A stretch of 57,489 nt of DNA, filler included, from Trypethelium eluteriae (taxonomy: Eukaryota), in the NCBI GenBank assembly GCA_051942245.1. It is 2 parts of 2 records of this genome, joined end to end, with 100 filler letters (N's around TTAATTAATTAA, not from the genome) between each part and the next. Parts side by side here need not be neighbours in the genome. Positions count along the whole stretch, not along the records: positions 1 to 28,701 come from JAVECL010000304.1; 1 more part is not named here. One strand, given 5' to 3'. The position numbers and the translations under genes are program-made. The notes below the pieces were generated by a model. It searched no databases. It had not been told where the DNA came from and saw nothing but the letters and a program-made list of their open reading frames with translations. This document shows positions 1 through 11,610 of the stretch, one piece after another. How positions within the stretch are numbered: position 1 is the stretch's first letter; the number at the start of each line of letters is the position of its first letter.

Positions 1-948
1 CGAGCCAATGGATCCAAATATTGGCCGCACAATGAAGTCAATCTCCGTAGCTAGCTATATATGTAGAGGCGATCCGCCACCTTCAGAAGAATCAGATCGA
101 ATAGGTTTTTTACCACGCACGGTGCAGAGAAACACTTTCACTCTGACTGATATTCGCTTGGTACTTTTAGCATCCGCTAGAGATCTATGATGCCAGTTTG
201 CACCTACCGATCTTGACCTCTCCACTACGGGACAAAAGTACATTGTCGCAGCTGATGTTTCTATGTCCAATCTGTAAATCCCTGTGGATGAAGAGAATGC
301 CGTTTAGAATCTATTCGTTGTTAGTTGCCGCTACTAATCCAGAGGACTACTTCCTTATTTGCAAATTAAAGCGAGCTCCTGCTTAGTAAACAAACCAGAT
401 GGGCTTGCTTAAAGGAATGTGAGAGACATGGCCATGTATTTGTATGCTATGAAGAGGTGGTTTTCGCGGACAAAAACGTCCACCATCGCCACGACGTTTG
501 GATGGGATTTGCGAGCGAGATCTGTAATCGTGCGGCCGTATCTCTGATACTTCTTGACTGCGCAAAACGTGAGAGATGCATTCAAATTGGAGGGACGTTT
601 GGTAGCTACTATGGCGAGTCCGGCCTGATCCTCATGCAAGATCTTGGTGTAAATGTCCCACGGTGAAGATGAAGATGGGATATCTGTAGTTGGCACTGTC
701 ACATTTTCCTCTATATGCGCGTGGACTGGTAGGGGCAGGCGAGGAATGGCATTTCTCTTACTTAATTTGTTGGATGATGGCGCATTTAGCGTTTCAAACT
801 TCCTTTTCAAGCCTGGGCCAGCCGGACGGGGAAATTGCGTAAACCGCCTGGGCTCACTTATTGGGATGATTGAAAAATGATTTTGAATCTTATTGGGCTT
901 GGATGAGGGCGAAGCTACTTATACACCGCCACTTGCTTGAACAAGCAT
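1..948 (-). pseudogene. Divergent protein kinase-like gene, RIP-damaged, probably running off the window edge
   Basis: ATG at 948 is in frame with ORF 409-810 (SPWDIYTKI...FCAVKKY...SHPNVVAMVDVF...LFIAYKYMAMSL). After an intron it reads ILNGILFIHRDLQIGHRNISCDNVLLSRSGEVKI, then intron, then ANISQS. It has in-frame TAA stops. Confidence 0.7.
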
Positions 949-963
949 TCCGCTAAGCCTAGG

Positions 964-3900
964 CTACAAGGTATGACGCATCCGTTTCTGAGGCTGATCA
1001 GATTCCAAACATGATTGTTTGAGGGAGGACAAGCCACCTTCGCAGCGAGAACAGCTTAATCTGTTAGGCTGTCCGTGATTTGCTGAGCCGAAGACAGCAT
1101 CAAGCTGCTGCTGCTGGATGAACCAAGCTATACATTGCGGGAATCCGCTGATCCGCCATTGATAGGTATTGCCGGCTCGCAGAGAGATTGAGAACGGGTC
1201 TGACAATTCCCGCACATAGAGACTAAGTTTTCGGGCGTAATAATGGCACATTGAACAGATATCATCGCGGCCGTGCCATGGACAGAGAGTGCCGGTATCA
1301 GTCACAAACTCCCAGTCTGGTTGGAGCTTCTCTAGAGCCGCAATAGTAGCATAGCTGGGTGTCCGACATCTAACCACACCGTCGCAACGGAAGAGGCCCT
1401 TCTCAAAGCTTGGCATACCTACCAATTCGAAGAAGAATGATGCAGTCAATAGAGCAGTGAGAACGCTTGCTCGATCGGCCTCTGTGCTCCGCTGTCTTAC
1501 CTTAGCACGCAAATTGGCCATACTCCCTGTATCATTAAGCAACAGATCGGTATCAAGTTTGATATTAAGCCGAAAATAATTCCCGCACGAGTTATTATCA
1601 AGACGGTTACATAGATCTCGCCATGTACTTTCGCCATCAAAGGAGGAAACAAACGAACGATATAACCGAGGTATAAAGCCATCGCTAAAGATATGCCGGA
1701 AGTGTGAGGCTTGAGGCGATTCAGCTCCAGTAGTACCAGTACCAAGCGACAGGGCAACGTCAAGGGTCGAGCTGTTAGGCCAGATTTGGCGGAGCTCGGA
1801 GAGACCAATGTTAACTGGATTGTTGTGTCAAAGGCCGCCGTCTTGGAAAGCGCCGTGTGCGCGAATTTGGGCTGGACGGAACAGGCTGTCTTGGAATTAG
1901 TATGAATTAGGTAGGCATAGAGGGACAAATATTGGAGCCGCGGACGTAGCACGCGCACTAAAACGGTAGTTAGCAAGGAGAATTTGGAGAGAGTAAGACA
2001 CGTACGCTTCCCAAACTAAGGGCTCCGCGCTCGGATTAGAGTGGGCAACACTTTGGTATCCTAAACAATATAGTTAACGGAAAAATCGAGATCCCTAAGC
2101 GTAGACGTACCGCAGGCCCTTCTCTGAAGGGACGAGGCGTTATAATTAGTAAAAATAAAGCATAACGCATCTAAGATTGTTGTCGCTGTGACTGCGACTT
2201 TTGTAATACCGAGATCGAATATACAACTACAGGGATCGAATGTCGTCTTCAGGCAATCTTCCAGGGCCATCGCATTATAGCAGCCATTGTCCACCCAATA
2301 GCGTAAGTATCTCCTTAGCTAAGGGACCAGCCAATCATGCAATTTGTTGTGATTAGCGAAGAAGCGTTTGACAATCGCATCAAAGGTACTGCTGCACTGA
2401 GCTGCATCCCATCGATGCAAACACAGACTGAGCACAACCAGGCCGCCCGAACTTGTGCCAATAGCGAAGTCAAATGCATCGTGAAGGTGGAGATCTGGCC
2501 CCAGCTGCTCTTGGAGGAGACGAAGATTCTCGAGCGGAATAACCCCGCGAGTGCCTCCTCCGTCTACACTTAACAGCCGCACACCAGCCGTTGGAGGTTT
2601 CAGTTGTGTCGAGAGACGGCCAGGAGCACGGCAGAGAGGGCAGTAATTCAGCCAGAAGATATGATTGCCGTTCGCATCAGCTGTAAATGTACCAAAGACT
2701 TGCAGGCATGGATCACATATGGCATGACCGCAGCTGACCACATGCTGTGGGGGCCGTAAGACGCAGTAAAGGCAAGTTGAATTACTGCGGTATCGTGCCA
2801 TGTCAAGACCATGTATTGACATGTGACAGAAGTGAAGCTCCCATAACAGAATCCCTCCACAATCCAAATCATGGAACAATGAACGTAGGTGGCGTGCAAT
2901 CTGTTGACAATAATATTTTGCAAAAGTACTCGCTTCAAAGACCTTTTCGAGCGCCGCAACGCAGTGGGCTTGATACAATACGCGGAAAATACGTGTAGGA
3001 TTGAAGACTGTGTGGAGTCAGCGAAGAATGATCGTCCTTAGCTGGGCCCTCACTATGTGCTTTGGGGGGATATGCGTCCATAAGCAAGCAGGATGCTAAA
3101 TAAGCAGTCATTTCGCTATAGTCAGCATTGTGCTGAACCGCAAGGTGCAGAAAATCAACAATGTGCCTCTGGCATTTATCTTGAGGAGTACAGTAAGTTC
3201 TCGTTGCATGGATGAAGTCGAAGGGGTCAGAGAGGCTGGTCAGGAAATGTCTCAGGCAGGAACTCCACAGCGCTTCAAGCTGAAGGGCGGAAAATTGCCA
3301 GCGGAAGCGACAATACAGCTCCTGCATCTCACGGGTCTGAGTGAAGAGCACTTCTTTAAGAGGGCGGTGGCAAGTAAGGGGAGACAGGGAATACCTCAGC
3401 GCCAATGTGACAAGGGTCGCAGACGTGAACAGGCGACCGACGTCATGTTCACAGGACTGAAGCTCCGCACAAAGGGGCCGTAACGTTGCGTTGGCGTATC
3501 CTTCAGTTGTCACAAGGATTAGACTGGGCCGCACCTGATTAGGCAAGTTACTGTAAATCCCGAGCAAGACCCACTGAAGCAGAGCATCCCAGAACTCGTC
3601 TGCGCTGTTAAGGTCTTCAACAAAGACAACCAAGACACAAGCAAATGGAAGGAGTAGTTTAGCAAGAATTGCATCAACAAGACTTTGTGGGCTTGGGTAT
3701 GGCCATGAGATAGGAAATATCTGGTTATAGTGGCAAGTTACCATGGCATGGCTCGGGGGAATTGGAGCTGAAAGATCCCCATCAGCAAATATAATTGGAC
3801 AGTCAGCTCCAACAGTCTGATTATCAACTCGCATATTGGCGACACCACCTAAGCGCCCGCGCCGGAAGTTATTATGAGGATAGACCTGCCATAAAGCCAC

Positions 3901-4059
3901 ATCCTTTGCTCGGCTTCCAAGGAAGAAAACAACGGAAGGGTCCTGGCAGTGCGGGTTAATAAGTTCATGAACTACCCAAGAGAATCAATTCGTATCCGTA
4001 ATTGTGCAATCCTCGGCTCCAGCCAGTTATATCCATAAGATGTGGTCATAGGGCGCCAT
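964..4059 (-). pseudogene. Patatin-like phospholipase with RING-like Cys/His cluster (Starship PLP type), several premature stops
   Basis: ATG 4059 is in frame with ORF 2935-3900. Motifs: CLYC..PQHVVSCGHAICDPC..CPLC, LSVDGGGTRG (oxyanion), GTSSGG (GxSxG) and FQDGGL*HNNP..VALSLGTG near 1.75-1.85 kb. The C-terminal ORF is 964-1542. Stops are TAA/TAG/TGA, explicable by C>T or G>A changes. Confidence 0.85.
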
Positions 4060-4215
4060 TGGATAGGGTATGAGGGCAGCGAAGAAGCACAAGTGAGCAC
4101 CTCTAATATATGCTATTATGCTTAAATAATCCCATCTGTGCTTAAAGATAACACAATTCGTCAGCTTAATTATTAGAACCAGTCAGAGACCATTTAATCC
4201 AGCCATACCTACAGC

Positions 4216-6655
4216 ATGGCAAGTAAGACTCCGCACGGTGAAGACAACAAGGCATTGTTCATTGAGAAACAGTCACGGCACAGAGGCCAAGCAAAAGTCA
4301 GACTCCATGATCTCACGTTTAAGCCGGGTAACATGCAAGGAGCTCGCACCCTAGATCGGGGTAACATCCAACGCTTGGTTTACATTTTCCAAACCAAAGG
4401 CTGCCATCATCTTGAACCCGAGCACTTTGTGCCAGTAGTCCTTTTACTAGATTAATTAGTTAAAGCCTGAGAAGAGGCAGGCGTGGCCGAGGTCAAGCTT
4501 TTGAACCGCACCAGAGTTCCACCGCTTCTGTGTTTTGATCGACCATTGCTTTATCTCCACGGTCGGCATCAAATTAAAGCCGCTCAACGCTTTCTTGCGC
4601 CTATCAACTTGTGGTGGGTGGTGGAATTCTATCTCAAAGGTTTGACAATAGAAACGGTCTGGAAAAACAATTACCCGCTAACCTTGCGCAGAGCTCTCGG
4701 AGAAGCTGATCCTCCAACTCAGGTCTGAGGACGCTAATTCTCGCCCTTTCAGTAACGGAGACGTCTACCGTCATCTTCGCTTCTGTCAAAGAAATCACGA
4801 CAATGTGCAAGCACAGACCTGGTTAGCCCGCTTGTCCCGACGGAAACAGGTGGATATTAGTCTACTTGCCTCTAAGTTAACTCCAGTCTACAACGCCCTC
4901 AATAGGCTTCTCCCATTTGTCGGGCTTTGGGGTGCTGTCCAACTAGGAACTCTACATCGTATCCTTAGCCTTCGATGTAAAGAGGTCTGTCTTCTCCATT
5001 AGTTTAGCTGCATGGAGACTGAAATGTTTTAGGAATTATGCCATTATCTAAACCATGTTCACGCCTTATGGACGAAAGTGATGCCGGCTGGTACCGAGAC
5101 AAAACTCAATGTTGAGAGTGTCCAACATCTAGAACTTCTAGCTCCCAAATACTCGCAAGAAGATTCCAAGTTGATTATAGATGGTATACAAGACAGTCGA
5201 CTTTTCACCCTCATCTCCGATCTTATACAGCGTGCAGGAATCCAGGCCAGCCTTCTTAAGGTTCAGGGCAGAATTTTGTCACTCCATACATTTTTGGAAG
5301 ACACGAAATATCTCAAGCCATGCGCACAGATATTGCGCAGCCTCTTGCCCAAGACTAAGGAGTCAACATGAGCGGCATTCCGGCGAATGTATCATCCATC
5401 CTTAGAAATATTGGCAATCTAGGTGGCTGACTTTAATACGTCTTTGATCACCGCACCTTAGCACATCATGTTTGACCTAGCATACCGACAGCTGTAGTTA
5501 TTTGCAATGCGTTATTTTCCGGAAATAACGGCAGTGAACCCACGTAAGGATGCGAAAGTGCCAGCCCCAACTGTTGAAGTCCGAAAGGACCTCTTTACCC
5601 AGCTTGCACAACTGGCACATAAATCTGGCTTTGAGCCAATGGGTACTTTAAGAAGGCGAGACAGTATTGCTTAAATAATCTACAAGCTTATTGGTGAGGT
5701 TCGGCCAGATGACTTTTTCGACGTGGACCAGTCAGCCTTAGCCTCCCATGTCCAAGATATCAGTCGTATTATTGAGGCCATACCAGCTTGACCGCTCGCA
5801 CGTCGCACCCCACCTTTGACCAGTTGTGTTTTAAAAGAGCCTGTTTCGCATTATTGTGGTCGACTGTATAAACAGTCTTATAAACAAGATCGCGGTTATC
5901 TCTTCCTTCACTATCTCTGCAATAATCGATCGGAAGCTAACGTACACGTCTCTTCCTTTGCTATCAAACGGGACTTTTTCCACTCCTTTTTTAAGCTCAC
6001 GCCAGTCATAATAAGCGCTTATGGAACACTGTTTGACTGTTCTACGCCAATAGTTGCATCTGGTACCCATCCCACAAGACCCATGCACGAACCTTAGCCA
6101 CAGGAAGAGGACCGTCCTACGGAAATAGAGGCATCCCGCAACGCTAGTGTTTCCAATCCCGCAAGTTCCTTTCATGAGCCTCGGCCACAGGAAGAGCAGA
6201 CTACCCGGACGGTTTCTTCGTGGATGACAAGCCTATCCCCTTCAGAAGTCGCCAACAAATTTCCTTAAGGTGATTATGGACTATTTAAGTTACGGACAGA
6301 TTCAAGGCCTTGCATATCTCATGGCGAACGCATCTTATATGTACTAGGATACCGGTACATCTACCTGTTGCATTCTACACTAGCCTTGGAGAGTATTATA
6401 GACCACTTCAACCAACAAAACTTCTTTATTGGCACCTTTTTTACCACGGGGTTTTAGGCTGTCCTGCCCCGTGAGGTAGGCCGCTATACCGGGCTCATCA
6501 TTGTTGGTGCAAAGTTTCATGGCCAACCGAGCTTTGTCTCTGCAGAGACCATGCAAGATATTCGTTCTCTCTTGCCGATCTGTTATGAAGATATGAATCA
6601 TTAAGAAGCAATTTCGGGATGGCCATTCACTTGTGAATTTGGCCTGACTGAGTAA
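4216..6655 (+). pseudogene. DUF3723-family protein (Starship auxiliary gene), RIP-damaged; 3' end approximate (6604-6655)
   Basis: Joined ORFs give GQAKVRLHDLTF...RTLDRGNIQRLVYIFQTKGCHHL..HFVPVV, LHGRHQIKAA..WWVVEFY, LLPFVGLW..LGTLHRILSLRCKE, ILSLHTFLEDTKYLKPC, FDLAYRQL*LFAMRYFPE, CGRLY..SYKQDRGYLFL and VSSFAIKRDFFHSFF. Introns lie near 4640-4690 and 4985-5032. Confidence 0.8.
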
Positions 6656-6657
6656 TG

Positions 6658-7317
6658 TTATTCGCACTGCGTTGTGTCTGGGCCTGCCATCGCAGCCTGT
6701 CTTCGCTTTTGCGCCTTTCCCGCCTGATTGATGAGCCATTAACGCATCTCTTGAACCCATTTCTTAATTGTTCTGACAAGATTAGAGACATAGGTGATGC
6801 GTAGGCTCAATAAATCAAAACGACTATCACTAACGATAAGACATAGTTCTTTCTTGGACAAGGACAAACTTACGCGCTAGAGTTTTGCTCCAGCTTATTA
6901 AGGCGTCTGTCTTCGTCAGTTCAATTATGGCACTGCAGAGCAGCGTACACACTGTTAAAATTATAAGTTTCTGTTGGTTTGTAAGCCCTCCGATAGGACG
7001 TCAGGCCGAGTTTTATCTGCTTACTGGTTCTCAAGTTCTATGACCTTCCATTTTACATCCCAATAGTCAGAACTAAGCGTATTAACGTTATGCGTTTAAT
7101 CCCAAGTATCTATGCTTGGCATAAACGGACGCGGCTGCGGAACCACGTTGCTCACCTGTGGGGCGCTCTAATAACCAGCAGGTGCAGGTACAGTGGTATT
7201 AAAACGAATGGGCAGTAATTCTAGTGTTGGTTCTGATGTTGCAATAATATCATCCAACAGCAGATTGCTTATGTATTCTTCCCAAGTTTGATTAATGTCA
7301 GCAATCCAAGATGCCAT
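6658..7317 (-). pseudogene. Small hypothetical coiled-coil protein, three predicted introns, RIP stops
   Basis: ATG 7317 gives MASWIADINQTWEEYISNLLLDD. Phase-consistent GT..AG introns with CTRAY-like branch sites join IELENQ / RLNKLEQNSS / TIKKWVQEMR*W, ending at TAA 6660-6658. Confidence 0.4.
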
Positions 7318-7816
7318 TGCGGAGGTATTTAAAATGCTCTTGTCTTTGCTACATTTTAGGGAATCTTTATAATTTCGCTGCAGCAGCTTTATACGGCAGA
7401 GCCAACAAACAACCGAAGTTGGATAAATCCAGCAATAACGTCTTCGCATTGGTGCAAAGCTTGCTCCTTTGCTTAATTCCTACGGAGGATTTACCCAATG
7501 CCGTCCGAGGGCTGACATCTTATTTGGGATGCGTTTCAGATTTCGTCATCTAAACTATCGCCTCGGTTGGCGCTACCTTCGATGTCAAAACGATCGAAAA
7601 ACTCTACGCGGCGCAGCTCACAACCAACATCAGATGCCGTTACAGCGTTAAACCTCACTATGTGCTAATTTAAGACTTAAAGATTCTCCCATTGTCGTCG
7701 GCTTCTATTGTATTTGGGGTCGTCCTAGAAGCTTTCTTTAGCGATAATATTTAAATCATCCTCTCGCCACTGGGAAAGGCGCAAACTTAACATTTTTAAT
7801 CATAGGAAGCTCACTT

Positions 7817-8476
7817 ATGGCTATTTCACATAATCACGCTTTATTAGGCTCCCCTGCCACTCTTCCCACCCATGGCCACGGCCTTCTTTGCACTGATTGC
7901 ATTTGGAACGGATACAAGGTCGCCACTTAATATGCACTGAGCCTACAACACCAGAATTGGTTGTTATTGACAAATTACGGACAGTTGCAAGATCAAATCC
8001 ACGAGCATTAGACCTTCCAGGCCGGGCTCAGCGACAGACTATGTAACGCCGAGAATACCATCAAACAGAATCGCAAAAATGTCGCCTCCCTTAAGAAGAA
8101 GCTTGCCTATGCACATAAACGTATCCAAAGGGCAAGCTGTACGTTGGAAGGTACTTCAGAAGGACGAATGCAACCGGGAACCCTCCAATACCTAAGGGAA
8201 CTCCTCCGAGATGACAACACACATGCGAGTCAACCCCATCTACAGCTGGAGGTCGTTCCATTGGCGGGCGATCCCAAACGCGTCCGTTATCAATATGTGC
8301 AGCCGCAGGTCGACACAAGTCAAGCAGACGCATCCGCAGAACCTAACGATGAGCTGTCCGAGGCTTTGGCAACATCAGGTGTGTATAAAGACGGCTTCTA
8401 AGGAGAGCTCTACTTACGTATGCAGGAACCACCTCAAGCGACTCACAGCTCCTGCCTATGTCAACTGCTGAATTAA
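7817..8476 (+). pseudogene. Hypothetical coiled-coil protein with N-terminal CxxC
   Basis: One frame from ATG 7817 (MAISHNH...LLCTDCIWNGYKVAT*YALSLQHQN...QLQDQIHEH*...VASLKKKLAYAHKRIQ) continues into ORF 8144-8401. The internal stops are TAA/TAG. Confidence 0.45.
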
Positions 8477-8727
8477 AGGGATCTTCTTTTGTAGCTCTTC
8501 CAGCTAATTCCAGCTCGGATTTTGAGCAGCCATCATCCGCTAAGGAATCTTGGCTCACGTATAAAAAAGAGCACCCGTTGTAATTTAGTTCAATAAGTCG
8601 TAAACAGAAAAGCGTCTGGCCTGAGCTTGTTGCTTAAATTGATGGTAGCGCCGTGTCAGTGGAACATCAAGCATTCTCTAAGAATAAATAAAGTGATTTA
8701 TTCAATGCCTTATGTGAAGTTATGGAA

Positions 8728-9178
8728 CTAGCTACATTTGTCTTCCGTGGTGCCTCCAAAGGCGTCCTTTAATGGTGTCAAGGTCAAGCAGGGAGGCGGA
8801 CTTTTAAGGTCATCCTCCTCAAAGACTTCATCTTCGCTCTCGCGATTCTTTGAGGCGCTTTTTTAAAGCTGTCTCGCCGTTCTTGTTTGATTATGTCGAT
8901 GAGCAATCGGTTTTGATGTAGGTTCGACTTCTTTAACGTTCATAAAACGCTGAGCAGGATTAGTCCAGGAGACAATTCTGTACAGAGTCACATACCAGCT
9001 GCTCCTCGCTCAGCGGCTAAGAAGGGCTATTGTTGGATTTCCAGTAATAGACAGTATCTTCATACTGGATTAAGATGTACACGCTTGCGGGGCACAACAG
9101 TGTTAGCTGCTTCGCTTTCTCAAAGACAGTCTGCCGTCGACGCTTAAATAACGTTTCGGCCTTTCTCTGTGGGTTCAT
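8728..9178 (-). pseudogene. Small divergent MADS-box (SRF-TF)-like transcription factor, two exons
   Basis: Exon 1 (9178-8996) reads MNPQRKAETLFKRRRQTVFEKAKQLTLLCPASVYILIQYEDTVYYWKSNNSPS*PLSEEQL, matching the MADS core F-KR---L-KKA-EL--LC---V-LII. Intron GTATGT..GACTAAT..CAG is at 8995-8950 and the stop at 8730-8728. Not in the ORF track. Confidence 0.65.
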
Positions 9179-9388
9179 GTTTATTTAATCTTTGGTCGGC
9201 GACAACTAAGTATCTTATATAATTGACCCTCGGCAACCTTGTTTCAACCTAACGCAAACCTGCGACCCCTTGTTAATCATCTTCCTTAAAAAAAGCACCA
9301 TAACCAACACGCGTACCTCCTGAGATCAGTCACGTCCGCTATTACATATATCACTTAAACCGTCGGCATAGCTAATAGCCTTCAGATA

Positions 9389-11074
9389 ATGGACATACCC
9401 CAGATATATGCGCTGGTCGCCAGCGGCTTGTTCCTTTTTCTACTTTTGATTCGCCTACTACCCCTCCTTCTGCGACACAACCTAAGTCATTTTCTACTTA
9501 AGCATGTCTTCTACCCCTGCATTTTCCATCAGCTTCAACTGTTCAGACCTATCACGTGGGCCGAAATCGGCTTCCAGGTCCTGTATTGGGTAGGTACCCT
9601 AGTGTGTAACCTTGTCAGAGTGAATACTGCAACGGAGGCCGGGCAACGCGCAGCTATTCTATCCATTGTCAATTTAATTCCTTTATTCCTATCACATCAA
9701 CTTGGACTTGCAGCAGACGCTGCCGGTGTATTGTTGTATGCAATACTTCGCATACATGCTACAACCAGTATAATGGCAGTTGGACAAGCTTTGGTCCACA
9801 TCTGCATTTAACTATCTCAGCAATCATTTTCAACAGCCCGCCCGGGTGACCTATATGGCTTGATTGTGAGTAAAATTCCAGACTTAATACCATTAAGTAA
9901 CTTATAACCCAAGTCTTCTATACTTTTAGGCCTCCTTATGGCTGGCCCCCTGGGGCGAAAATATCACTTCCGATTTTTCCTCATAAATCATTTTGCCTTA
10001 GGCGTGAGTCTGCTGGCAGTACTTTAGATGCATACCCGCTCGACTTTCTCACGCTACTACATTCTGGTATCTCTCATCGCTTTTGGTCTCGCCCTTACTC
10101 TTTACTTATTTCGTCTTATCTTCCAAAATTGGTTAACTAGCGCAGCTTATTGTTTAAGCGGTCAGTCAGGAATAATTAGGATGGAAGTTCAGTTATCCCG
10201 TAGTTGGCAAGTGCATACAGGTTAATATATACGGCTTACACTTCCTGGTCTATCTTTCTCCTGGGGCCATCCATTTATAGTTGTTTGGTGGGAAAATGGC
10301 GATAAAGGACGTGCCTCAAAGATATACCTTTTGGGTCGGCGAGGCACAAAATTTATGGATAAGCTTTGGAGCATTTGCGACACTCCATTTAAAAGAAATG
10401 ATGAGTTAAAAATAAATAACTGTAACTTTATGGAACTTTCACAGACTGCAATTGGCAGACAGGCCTCCCGATCCTACTAAGCTGTTCTTGATAGGCCCTA
10501 TGGAAAACTTTATACATTTAAACAATATAAAACTCTTCTTATAATCGCAACGGGAATGGGCATTATTGCCCAGCTTCCGCATATAAAAGAAGTACTGGAA
10601 AATATTAGAAATAATATGGCTGCGACACGCCGCATTTAACTGCATTGGAAACTAAAGGATATTAACTTTGACTAGATAAGCCATTGTTTAAACTCTTTTA
10701 TTAAACAAGACAATCAATATATAAGATATTAATCCCCCCTGCAGGCTTTGCTAAAGACCCTTTAGGTATTCAGCATCATGACTTATAATACCAATTGCAA
10801 TATCAAACGCTCTCTTGGCGAACATCAACTTGTCACGGAATGTCAAGGCTCAGAATTTCAGCTAGGCAGTATTATTGAATTGCATAGACTCAGTGGAAGG
10901 GTAGCAGTTATTGGCAAGTAAAGACAAAGAAGAAGCAGAATTTGGAGACATCCTAACTCGGATTATTTAGTATCAGGCGATAGAAGAACTTGTTATGAAG
11001 CTCAACATACTCTATCTAAAGGGTACTGTAGGAATGTTTAATTCTTCCCTCTTGATTTTCAGCCAGAAAATTAG
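9389..11074 (+). pseudogene. Ferric reductase/NADPH-oxidase-like membrane protein (Starship FRE type), RIP-damaged
   Basis: Hydrophobic N-terminus (ORF 9389-9811) with candidate heme His residues (RIH..ALVH). FAD-binding region G*YIRL..GHPFIVVWW, then GPYG, IIATGMGIIAQLPHIKE, and C-terminal LDFQPEN* at 11051-11074. Confidence 0.8.
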
Positions 11075-11274
11075 TCAAAATCACAGATCAAGGAGCTTTC
11101 TTAGACTTTTCTTTCTTTTCGTAATGTGATAAGCCTGCTGTGATTAAACTATTTAATATTTAAATAGAGTCAGATTATATCCATTTGGGCAAAGAAGCTC
11201 TTGGCGACATCCAAAGTGAAGAAATTAAAAGTCGCAGGTGGAGATATCTTCAGAAGAAGTCCGCTGGGACGGAG

Positions 11275-11610
11275 ACGTCCCTAGGAGGCAAAGTCCCTAG
11301 GGAGGAGAAGTCCCTAAGGAGGCAAAGTCCCTAGGGAGGAGAAGTCCCTAGGGAGGCGAAGTCCCTGGGGAGATGAAGTCCCTAGGGAGATAAAGTCCCT
11401 GGGGAGGAGAAGTCCCTGGGGAGACAAAGTCCCTAGGGAGATGAAGTCCCTAGGGAGGCAAAGTCCCTAGGGAGGAGAAGTGGAGGCGAAGTCCTGGGGA
11501 GGTGAAGTTCTGGGGAGGTGAAGTGCCTAAGGAGGCGAGGCAAAGTCCCTAGGAGGCGAAGTCCCTGGGGAGGCGAGGTTCTTAAGGCGGTGAGGTCCCC
11601 AAGGAGGGGA
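11275..11610 (+). repeat. 17-bp tandem minisatellite, consensus AAGTCCCT(A/G)GGGAG(G/A)NN
   Basis: Eleven regular 17-bp units at 11291-11477, with degenerate units on both sides extending to about 11610. Confidence 0.95.

Larger units (their letters stand above)
1..11274. mobile_element. Starship-like giant transposon accessory/cargo segment (captain not seen; boundaries unknown, may extend into the RIP block)
   Basis: DUF3723-like, patatin-like phospholipase and ferric reductase-like genes, all recognised Starship auxiliary families, lie within 11 kb alongside kinase-like, MADS-like and coiled-coil ORFs. All carry RIP-type premature stops, and an NLR relic lies further right. Confidence 0.75.

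Noticed and set aside
11291..11477. CRISPR-like array, or functional perfect palindrome TCCCTAGGGA
   Set aside because: There are no unique spacers and the context is eukaryotic. TAGGG and TGGGG units alternate, so the perfect palindrome may just be a RIP TpG>TpA product.
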